A program made the translations under genes and the position numbers. From Octopus sinensis (taxonomy: Eukaryota), in assembly GCF_006345805.1 (NCBI RefSeq), contig NC_042999.1:34410001-34474000 (forward strand): DNA of 64,000 nt, written 5' to 3'. Below, one piece after another: positions 40,384-50,704 of this stretch; the first letter of the stretch is position 1, and each line of letters opens with the position of its first letter. Under the pieces are notes generated by a model. It saw nothing but the letters and a program-made list of their open reading frames with translations, had not been told where the DNA came from and searched no databases.

Positions 40384-41571
40384 CAGGGGCTGGACAAAAT
40401 AATGGAAACACCTAGCATCATAGCATCATAATTTGAAATATCTATAAAACCGTCATAATCCTGTGTATTTTTATGTTTTTTGATTCATTATTACTGTTGC
40501 TTAATATGTTTGCTAAAATTGTGGTTTCTTTGCAGATATCATCAGAAAAGGGTACTTAAAATTCAATAAAATGATAGATACATCGGACATCCAGAGAGGT
40601 AAAATTGTTTGTGCACTTATGGCAGGCGCTAGCGTAACAAAATAGTCGAAATAGTTGGTGTATCAAGACGTACTATCTCAAAAATAATAACAGCTTTTGA
40701 GAAAGAGGGGAAAAAAACCTCCTTGTCAAAACAGAACTCCGGAAGAAAACAAAAATTTTGAGATAGAAAACGTCGGAATCTTAGGCGAATTGTTAGAAAG
40801 GATCACAAAAGCTCCCAAAATTACTGCAGAGCTTAATGGCCACCACGAGAACCCAGTTTCCACAACAACAGTTCACTGGGAGCTGCAGAAAGCCGGATTT
40901 TACGGCAGGGCTGCAATCAGAAAGCCTTTGAGCAGTGGAAGAATATTTTCTCGGACGAGTCATTCTTTATCTTCTTTCCGACCACTGGCCGAGTATACGT
41001 CTGGAGACAGCCAAAAGAATCATCTGTCGCAGACTGCCTTCTTCCAACTGTTAAAGATGGAGAAGGATCTGTGATGATCTGGGGCCTATATCTTGGAAAT
41101 ACGCCAGCCCAATGGTTTCCCTTCATTGCAGAATTAATAGTCGAGACTAAGCATTTTATCTGATCAAATTCATCCTACGTTTGCGGAACTGTTTCCAGAT
41201 GGAAACGGTATCTTTCAGGATGATAATTCACCAATTCACAACACAAAAGTTGTTACTGAATGGCACGATGAACATTCTAGTGAGGCTTAACATCTTATCT
41301 GGCCACCACAGTCCCCAGATCTCAATATTATTGAACATTTATGGTGCATTTTAGAAAAAAACATATAAGGAGGCGATATCCTCCACCATCTTCACTACGA
41401 GATCTGGAGACAGTTTTAGCTGAAGAATGGACCAAAATTCCTTTGGAAATGATTCAAACTTCATACCTCGTATAATACAAGCTGTAATTACTGCCAAAGG
41501 CAGTCCTACTCCATATTAAAATAGATTTGTTTGAAATTTTAAGGTATCTTCATTATTTTATCCAACCCCTG
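40384..41571 (+). mobile_element. Tc1-family DNA transposon with both TIRs, TA TSD and decayed transposase (about 40571-41519)
   Basis: TA|CAGGGGCTGGACAAAATAATGGAAACACCT at the left; the right end reverse-complements to CAGGGGTTGGATAAAATAATGAAGATACCT|TA. Motifs IFSDES, LPTVKDGEGSVMIWG, FQDDNSPIH and WPPQSPDLNIIEHLW are present with stops and an internal deletion. Confidence 0.92.
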
Positions 41572-41789
41572 TATCTCTGTAGAAATAAATCTCTACGCAA
41601 ATGTCTTATGATCCCTACTGCATGACTGTAACATATAACTGTGATTCAATGCTTTCTCCACAGGCTGCTATTTAGTCTGTGGGCCAATTCTGGTTGAAAC
41701 ATATCGATGTGTCTTAATCTGCACAATACGTAAAGAGAAAATAATTTCCCCAAGCGCAATTCCCATTCAAGTGCAACATTATATATATA

Positions 41790-42005
41790 TATATTATATT
41801 AAATTAGAGATAAAACCACTATTAGGCAAATCAAACAATGAAAAACTTAAGCCAATACATAAAATTAATTAATTTATATTATTTTAAATATATATCAAAA
41901 GTATTAAAAGTTTAATAAAAGATAATGAGTAAAACACTACGATCGTTTCATGGCTGTCCAATTCGTAATAATTCGAGTTATGGTTACAGTCAATCTTCAG
42001 GTAAT
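41790..42005 (-). mobile_element. PLE-like pseudo-LTR fragment with degenerate hammerhead (inverted copy of 42286-42503)
   Basis: Reverse-complement identity by eye with 42286-42503. Confidence 0.8.
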
Positions 42006-42038
42006 TGAAATATTTATCTTAGCTATATATATATATAT

Positions 42039-42094
<56 letters not shown>

Positions 42095-42282
42095 GCCTGC
42101 GCGCGGGGACACACATGCACAGTGACGCAGACACACACTCACAATTATATACATATATACACTAGCTGGAATACCCGGCGATGTGATGAAAGTATCTTTC
42201 AATTAGGTCGTGTCTGCTGATGTAAAAAGTTCAGTTTATATTTCGTTCTGTTTCGTTCTGTTTATCGCTAAGATAAATATTT

Positions 42283-42580
42283 CTATTACCTGAAGATTGA
42301 CTGTAACCATAACTCGAATTATTACGAATTGGACAGCCATGAAACGATCGTAGTGTTTTACTCATTATCTTTTATTAAACTTTTAATACTTTTGATATAT
42401 ATTTAAAATAATATAAATTAATTAATTTTATGTATTGGCTTAAGTTTTTCATTGTTTGATTTGCCTAATAGTGGTTTTATCTCTAATTTAATATAATATA
42501 ATATTTTACTATAAAATTGGATTCAATCCTAAATCTGATTTTTCCCTGTAAGTTTGGATTTATTCCCTAATATTTTATTA
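42283..42580 (+). mobile_element. PLE-like pseudo-LTR fragment with degenerate hammerhead (42287-42355)
   Basis: tac-CTGAAGA-ttgactgt...acagccat-GAAAC-gatc-GTA-gtg, with palindromic stem III ACGATCGT and a weak stem I. Confidence 0.7.
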
Positions 42581-42669
42581 TATATATATATATATATATA
42601 TACGCCTGCGCGCGGGGACACACATGCACAGTGACGCAGACACACACTCAAATTATATACATACATACA

Positions 42670-44365
42670 CTAGCTGGAATACCCGGCGATGTGATGAAAG
42701 TATCTTTCAATTAGGTCGTGTTTGCTGATGTAAATTTATACTTCGTTCTGTTTGGGATAGCAAGTAAAAGTGAAGAAAAGATCATGTGGTCCATAATTAC
42801 GCGCGCAAGTCATAGCATCCTGTGTCCTCTCTTTCATATATCTTAAGCTCCCTGTAAAACTGGATGGGAGAATACAAAGTTGTCCAAGTCCTGTCCCAGC
42901 CATCTCGTAAATTCACATGCGATTCTGAACGTAGATCGTTTTGGTGCATGTTCATGTAGCACAACCATTCTGACTCTATCTTGGCATACATAACATACTG
43001 GTGAAAAAAAAAACTTGTCAATAGTGAAGATGTTTAAATGAATTAATTCGAATCATCAATCGATGAACATAATACATAGAGGATACATTTCTTTTGGAAG
43101 TGATTCCTCGAACTAATGGTATACTAAAGTGGTATCCATATTCTCTGTTAGAAAAAGCAAGGGATATTGTAAAGCATCATATGAACGATGAATTTTATTT
43201 GTGAACGTAATGCTATCGTCACGATATTTCAAAACAATATCCCGTTTACCCTATTGTTCTCTAACTATAATATTAGCCACTTCGTTGCATTTAGGAACCT
43301 TGAACCGATGGACGTGTCCTCCAGCTCGTCTTTTGTTGGCATCGATGACTACTTGAAAGTTCAAGTATATTCTAAAGCATACTGAAAGCTTCTCACATAA
43401 GAATTCTTTCCGTGAAGCATTTCTGGCAGCTTAAAAATAAGTTCTAATCTTGTACCTGGACAACACTTGTTGCGACACTGTACTTCCCCTTGAATGGCAC
43501 CTATAAAATATATTTGTATAAATTGTGTAAAATAAAGTATAATTGTATAAATTTATTCTGTAAAGGCTTAAGAGAATCAATTATGTGATAAATTCGTATT
43601 TGCACTTTAAAAGTCAACATTAACCCACTTTCCCTAATACTTTTTGCCTCATATGTCATTTGAAAAGTACAATTGTGTGCTCAAATATTTTAAAGAAAGT
43701 GTTTTGATTCTGACGTGGTACCCAAAAGAGGATATTTTATAAGTTCTGCAGACTCAGTTATTTGTCAATGGACTTTACCTTTAGAACAACACATAACCAA
43801 TGAATCCTTCTCCCACTTCTTAGCACTATATTTTTCATGTTTTGCACATAGAGCCAAGGGAGTCAATTTTTTCAGATGCATAATTACGATTAGGACCATA
43901 ATTAAATGCTACACCTTGCCATTGAAATCGTTTATACATTTTCTGCTTGTTTTCTCTGGAAAATTTGTTCCTTTTTTAGTCGTATTTTTCGGTCGCTCTC
44001 ACTTTCGTGTTTTCTATTTCGTAGTGGCCGTTGTCAATTTCGCCACTATATAACACTGGAATCTTGCTTTCTGTAACTGTTCGACCGCAAATGATGAACA
44101 GAGAAAGAATAATTTCATTGCCATTTTCGTGATGAACCTGAATTGCAACATTGTACAATTCACTAATGGAAGCTAATTCAATATTACCACCATATGTTCC
44201 ATCCCTTCTCATGTATGCTTGGTATTCCTGCATTGTACTATTAGGAATAAAATAATGAAAATACTTCTGGCTATTTTTCCGGAGAGCTCGGTAATTTCTG
44301 TTGTTTTTGAGCAAGAGTGACACAGCTCTGAACATACACCATCACCCATAAACTTTATTAAAGGA
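42670..44365 (-). mobile_element. Decayed, internally deleted Helitron of a second family: OTU-like protease plus Rep N-terminal half, helicase lost
   Basis: Minus-strand fragments: MGDG/CMFRAVS...RDGTYGGNIEL...NGHYE (OTU-like); VAFNY...AKKW...CCSKGKV...HNCTFQMT; SYVRSFQYALE...HRSYDALQYPLLF...YGYHFSIP; FHQY..MYAKIESE...ILPSSFTGSLRYMKERTQDAM...DLFFTFTC. A 3' end CTAG plus 8 nt plus cccggcgatg lies at 42670-42691, with the second hairpin arm lost. Confidence 0.85.
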
Positions 44366-44394
44366 GTGAATTAATAACTTAATGTAATTTACTC

Positions 44395-44768
44395 TTTTAC
44401 TTGTTTCAGTCATTTTGACTGCGGCCATGCTGGAGCACCGCCTTTAGTCGAGCAAATCGACCCCGGGACTTATTCTTTGTAAGCCCAGTACTTATTCTAT
44501 CGGTCTCTTTGCCGATTCGCTAAGTGACGGGGACGTAAACACACCAGCATCGGTTGTCAAGCAATGCTAGGGGGACAAACAAACACACACACATATATAT
44601 ACATATATACGACAGGCTTCTTTCAGTTTCCGTCTACCATTCCACTCACAAGGCATTGGTCGGCCCGGGGCTATAGCAGAAGATACTTGCCCAAGATGCC
44701 ACGCAGTGGGACTGAACCCGGAACCATGTGGTTGGTTAGCAAGCTACTTACCACACAGCCACTCCTGC
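44395..44768 (-). mobile_element. SINE family B, full length
   Basis: Head gagtggctgtgtggtaagtagcttgctaaccaaccacatggttccgggttcagtccc, short internal microsatellite, and complete tail. Confidence 0.92.
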
Positions 44769-45309
44769 ACCTTTGAATATCTTTCAATAAATTCAGTAAC
44801 GGACTTCATTTTCAGTTTGAACTTTTGATTGTTTCGTTAACAGAACGTGACGGAATATTACAACAAAAAACGGGATGACATTAAATGATAGAAATTTCAT
44901 ATTTCGAAATCTGTATTTCTCACTTAGCGATAGATGAATGAGTGATTATAATTCTATAAATTATAAACACGTAAGAAATAAGGTACTTCACCTTTAACGT
45001 TGACTTGAAAAGTCGTCTTCTTTAAAAGAAAAGGGAATTGACTCACAGTATTTAGCACACGATAACTTCTTTATCGTCAGTTCATAAAAACGATAAAAAG
45101 GAATACTTCGGTTTAAACGTTGTCAAATATTTGTCTATAGATTTGTGAGTGTGTATATGTGTGTGTGTTACAGACAGACAAACAGAGAGCGGCGGACAGA
45201 GAGAAAGAGAGCGGGAAACAGAGAGAGAGACGTGAGGGAAAAAGAAAGAGATTTAAAGTAAGCGCGTGTGTATCTCTGAATGGCATCTATATAAACGTTA
45301 CTATACCTA

Positions 45310-45510
45310 TTTCTTTACTACCCACAAGGTGCTAAACACAGAGGGGGCGAACAAGGGCAGACAAAGGGATTAAGTCGATTATATCGACCCCAGTGCGTAA
45401 CTGGTACTTATTTAATCGACCCCGAAAGGATGAAAGGCAAAGTCGACCTCGGCGGAATTTGAACTCAGAACGTAACGGCTGACGAAATACGGCAACGCAT
45501 TTCGCCCGGC
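45310..45510 (-). mobile_element. SINE family A copy
   Basis: Reverse-complement core and tail. Confidence 0.88.
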
Positions 45511-45711
45511 CACTCCATATTTGTCGCTTACACAACTCTGCCTTCCATTTCCCTGATATCAGTCACACTCTGTATGCTACAATGTTTCCTCTCACATTAT
45601 CGCCCTTGCACCCTTCTCATTATATCAAATGATAGCACAACTTACCACTTCGATTTTATAACATCGAAGTTATAAGTTAAGATAAGATAAGATAAGAATA
45701 GGACGAGTGTT

Positions 45712-45842
45712 CCAGAGCGTCCGTTCAGATCAAATGGAACAACCGTTGTAATAACAGAGAGAATGTGTAACGGTTGGCCCTTTGAATTAAAGGTTCACCG
45801 TATGATTACCGGCAGAGTGGTCTGGAGCAACGTGAAATAAAT
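45712..45842 (-). mobile_element. SINE family C fragment
   Basis: The reverse complement matches tttcacgttgctccag.ccactc..c...aa...tttgaattaaagg of the copy at 57730-58054. Confidence 0.6.
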
Positions 45843-45844
45843 AT

Positions 45845-47080
45845 CTCAGTAACCACACATATCAGCAAAGTCATGGCACGCTATGTTTTGTCAGAACGAA
45901 ACTGATCCCGTTCCGGAAGATAATCACATGTTCCCTGACAACTAGTATGGCTTCCGTTCAGGAAAAAGCTGTCTTACACAGCTCCTGCAGCGTTACGAGT
46001 GGTTTTGAAACAACTACTAATCAGTCACTAAAATGTAGATGTGATATACATTGATTTTGCAAAGGCCTCTGATGAAGTTGATCATGGAATATATGTCACA
46101 AGATACGAACATTTGTCATAGTGGAAAACTGGGAGTGGTTACGCGACTTCTTGGTAGATAGAAGCTGAGCTGTGGAAGCCATAGGTGCCCTCAACAAGTA
46201 ACAATAGGGTGCCTCGGGGAAGTGTTTTGAAGCCACTACTATTTGGTAGCCCTTTCGGACATGCCATCAGTTACACAGACAGCCAGACTTACTAATTATG
46301 CCAACGATTTAAAAGTAAAACAAACAGTCAAAGAACCTCTGTATGTTAATCTTCTACAAAATGACCTAGATGTCATATATGCGATTTAATAAAGGAAATT
46401 TGCAAGACCTCCGCTATCAGCTAGCTTGTACTAACATGCCGCAACCGAAAGAAGCGGCATTCCTAGAGTCAAGCAGTGTGCGTGAACAGGGGATTGATAT
46501 TAAAAATGATGTCACGTTGCATGTGCATATTACCAAAGTGGTAGAAATGTGCAAGTGATTGGCTGGATGGATACTGAGAAATTTCAAAACAAGGGAGCAG
46601 GACACTTTAGAGGTTGTATGAAGGACAGTTATCCACAGCCATCTGGAGAACTGCTCTCAAATGCAGTCATCCCACACTATCAAATTAATAGCGGAACATC
46701 TGTCAGCTCAGCGGTGCTACACCAGGAGGTTTGCATCAGTGGAACAACTGAGCTACTTGGAGCGAAGACGTGAGAGATACGCAGTGATGTACGTATGGGA
46801 AATCCTTGAGGGATTGCCACCGAACTTTACTATCAAAAGCTATACCAGCCCCTGAATTTGGTGTCACTGCACGGTTCTAATCACACCATCTAGCGTGAGA
46901 ACGATGTTTAATACTGTGCTAAAACAGCAGAGAAATGTACATGGAATGAATGTGGTTTCTTTCAAGGAACAACTTGGGATATTGCTATCCAAGGTGCCAG
47001 ATGAAACTATATCAAGGCAACAAACTGAAAAGAGAGCAGCAATGTCAAACTCTCTCCTTCACAAAAACCCAAATACATAA
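45845..47080 (+). mobile_element. Decayed CR1/L2-type LINE reverse transcriptase fragment
   Basis: HISKVM, YGFRSGKSCLTQLL, VDVIYIDFAKASDEVDHG, GVPRGSVL-like and YANDLK (YADD relic) motifs, with many stops and frameshifts. Confidence 0.8.
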
Positions 47081-47159
47081 GAATGGCCATCTGGAGGGCT
47101 GCTCTCAACTGCAGTCATCCCACATTATCAAATGGCTTGGGAGTGATTTAGGTAGAAAG

Positions 47160-47400
47160 AAAGGGAACGAAGGGCGTCATATGTATATACGTGTGTGTGT
47201 GTGTGTTTGGGTCTGTGTTTTTCCTCCATTACCTTTTGACAACCGGTGCGTTTAGGTACCACAACATTGTGGTTCGAAAAAGAGGCCGATATTACAAGTA
47301 CGAAGCTTAGAATTTGCAAGAATTGGGAGCGATTCGTTCGACTACAATATATTCCAAGACGGTGCCCCAGCTTGGCCGTAGTCTAATGACTGAAACACAT
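47160..47400 (+). mobile_element. SINE family B, degenerate 3' part
   Basis: gacaaccggtgcg...gttcgaaaagaggccgat...ttcgttcgacta...gacggtgccccagc.tggccg.agtc.aatgactgaaac. Confidence 0.65.
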
Positions 47401-47424
47401 AACACACATGCACACACACACACA

Positions 47425-47471
<47 letters not shown>

Positions 47472-47742
47472 ATTTACATAGAAGTCTTGGTTCGTTACTT
47501 TTTGTTTCATATCTTTGTAGCCAACATCACATAGAATGTTTTTCCAAAACTTCCACCATATTCGTCTTGTTCACAGTTGCCACAATACGTATGCCTAAAG
47601 ATAATTGTATGAACAGTTGCTACCAATAAAAGCCTGTATAACTCCCTAGTAATTATGCATATCAACACCTATTTTCTTTAAATCCTAATTATATATCTAC
47701 GAAGTATTTTGCATCGACACACTTTCTGTTTGCACGTGCGAA

Positions 47743-47788
<46 letters not shown>

Positions 47789-48764
47789 CATATATATATA
47801 TATGTATATACATACATGTATATATATGTGTGTGTATACGTGTGTAAATAGATAGTTAAATAGATAGATAGATTTTTAGATATGCACAAATAGTTGCATG
47901 TTTATATGTGTGTGCATGTCGGTAAAGATTTATCTTATATGCGGTAACAAGGATAGAAGCGCTCACTTCTGTTTATAATTATTTTGTGAGAAATTATATA
48001 TACTTGTAATTATAGGTACTGTAAATTACCAGTAAGAGCAATAGTTGAATATTAGAACGATATTCAATAGAAAACCATCAGCATTCAGTGTTGCAAATGA
48101 AAAAAGGCGAATCTTGATAATCAGATCAACCGCTTTAGTAGACACGTAAATATCTGTCACTACGTTATTCTTTCTAGTGTCAGTCTATCCATGCTTATGA
48201 AAAAGCTTGTAATTTACGCATTGCCGCTAAATTGAGTTCCAAATCAACATCAATAATTAAGTAAGAGAATGAAAGATTTTTATCTGGAATGAAGTTGCGA
48301 TTAATCTTATTAAAATTGACAAATTATTTAAAGAAGCTGGAAAAGAATGAGAAATATCGATTTGGGAAATTTGCCAATTTAAGCAGTATTTTTGAAACGT
48401 GGCATATTATTACGTATGCTTTGCAAGAAAATATGTCTTGTGACGCGTCACAAATTACCTATGATCCGCGCCTATCAATGTTTGTTTTTTATATTTTTTC
48501 CACTGTATCTGGAATATACTATGAGATTTTTATTGATACATATGGGTTAGGGAAAATCTTGCCCTAGTTAGTATCTTTGTGTAATTAAAAGCAAGAATTG
48601 TAAATTAACAGCTGCGAGTTTCAATTTTGGAATGTGCATATTGAATTAAATTGTAACGACTTGATACCACTTTACTAAAGCAATAGTTATATATGCTTAC
48701 CGCCTACTAGTAGTTTCCAAATTTGTTACTGGCAGAAATGCGTGTGTGTTTGTGTGTATATTTG

Positions 48765-49050
48765 TTCCTTCGCAAGCCATACCTGGCTTATAGAGCCACG
48801 TTTCCCGGTTTCCTTGGCGTATAGGTCCCCACCCTCAGGACGGGACGTGGGACCGTCGCAAGGGAGCTGCAACATGCAGGTGGAAAGAGTGAGAGAAAGT
48901 TGTGCCGAAAGAGGTAGCAGAAGTTTGCCGTTACCTTCTGCCGGAGCAGCGTGGAGCTTAGGTGTTTCGCTCATAAACACACACATCGCCCGGTCTGAGA
49001 ATCGAACCCGCAGGTCCGCTGCTCTAGCCACTAGGCCATGTGTCTCCACT
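48765..49050 (-). mobile_element. tRNA-derived SINE family D
   Basis: The minus-strand head has an A box (tggcctagtgg) and B box (ggttcgattc), then gcgaaacacctaagctccacg and a tail ...gaaaccgggaaacgtggctc. Confidence 0.7.
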
Positions 49051-49399
49051 ATATATATACATTTTGCCAGTTTAGCCAATAAAAACACACGCACTATATA
49101 TTTGGTGTTACTTTGCTTCAGTGTTATTTATTTTTTACATTAATCTTAATCTTATTTCGGCCAGAGTTCTTTCGTCACACTCCTGTGACCGCATCAGTGG
49201 TCCTTTGTTTTCTTCTTACTTATTTGTGTCTCTCCTTACTAACCGTCAGCCATTTTGTATTTCTCTTCTTTTTTTTTATTGGCTAAACTGGCAAAATGAC
49301 CATTCCTAAATACAACAATATCTGTTTCAACACCCGACTTCACATAAAAAATCTTGCACAACAAATATTTAAACTTATATATATATATATATATATAGA

Positions 49400-49700
49400 C
49401 TAGTATGTCGGTGATGACGACGAGAGTCCCACCGGAACAGTTTGCTTATGAAATTAACGTGCAAGTAGCTGAGCACTCTACAGATACGTATACCGTTAAT
49501 GTAGTTCTGAGGGAGATTCAGCGTTACACAAAGTGTGATAAGGCTAGCCCTGTGAAATACAGGTGGTACTCATTTTTGCCAGCTGTGTATACTGGAGCAA
49601 CGCGAAATAAAGTGTCTTGCTCGAGGACAAAACGCGTAGCCGGGTATTGAACTCACGATCATGAGCCGAATACCCTAACCACTAAACCACGCGCCTTCAC
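49400..49700 (-). mobile_element. SINE family C (CORE-like), full length
   Basis: Head gaaggcgcgtggtttagtggttagggtattcggctcatgatcgtgagttcaatacc, then gtcctcgagcaagacactttatttc; homologous to 57730-58054. Confidence 0.85.
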
Positions 49701-49743
49701 ATATACATATACATATGTATATGTATATGTATGTATGTGTATG

Positions 49744-49840
<97 letters not shown>

Positions 49841-50034
49841 ATGTAAGTACGTATGTATATGTATAAAGATATGGTTACAACCATCAGACGAAGAAAAGCA
49901 TGAAACTCAGAGTAAAAGCTTCCTATGATGATTTTTTAGCTTTGAAAATAATAATTGCAAATTAACAGTTGCGGGTTTTCGAAGTAGAATTCATAGGTAA
50001 ACGATAACTCATAGACTGAATTTGAATATTTTTT

Positions 50035-50205
50035 CTTTTATTCTTTTATTTGTTTCAGTTCTTTGACTGCGGTCATGCAGGAGCACCGCCTTTAATCGAA
50101 CAAATCGACCCCAGGACTATTTCTTCTCAAGCCTAGTACTTATTCTCTCGGTTTCTTTTGCCGAACCGCTAAGTTACAGGGACGTAAATCACATCAAAAT
50201 CGATT
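50035..50205 (-). mobile_element. SINE family B, 3' part
   Basis: Reverse-complement tail (ggcggtgctcctgcatgaccgcagtcaaag..ctgaaacaaataaaagaata). Confidence 0.8.
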
Positions 50206-50226
50206 GTTATTCTTTTATGCATTTCT

Positions 50227-50704
50227 GGGATCTTTTCGGTTTAAACGGCAGTTTTTTCTATCGGTTTCATATGAAATTGTCACCCATAATTATGACCCTA
50301 GTATTATCTATTGCATTTCAATCTATTTTAGGGTTAGGGTTAGAGTTAGGGTCAGTTAGGGTTAGTTAGGGTTAGTTAGGGTTAGGTTTAGGGTTAGCGT
50401 TAGGGCTGGGGGGAAGGGTATCTTTTTTCTTCAGAAATGTAAATAAACCCAATCTGTTTCTTAAACGAGGGACATATTCATACGGCACAAAATGTTTTCA
50501 CCTAAATAGACGGTCATTGATTGGTTTGAATTGCAGAAATTGAAGAAAAAAAAAACAAGAAATATCTTACAAACTATAGAATTTTCTCAATAAAGCCAAG
50601 AAAAAAGATGTTTTATAAATACATTCTACCAGTATACGAAATTTAAAATTTTTTAGTTACCTAGAAATTATGTTAAAAACTGCCGTTCAAACCGAAAAGT
50701 TCCC
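50227..50704. mobile_element. MITE (478 bp) with 30-bp TIRs, 6-bp TSD ATTTCT and an internal TTAGGG-like tract (50328-50405)
   Basis: Left GGGATCTTTTCGGTTTAAACGGCAGTTTTT versus right reverse complement GGGAACTTTTCGGTTTGAACGGCAGTTTTT (28/30). atttct lies at 50221-50226 and 50705-50710. Confidence 0.88.
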
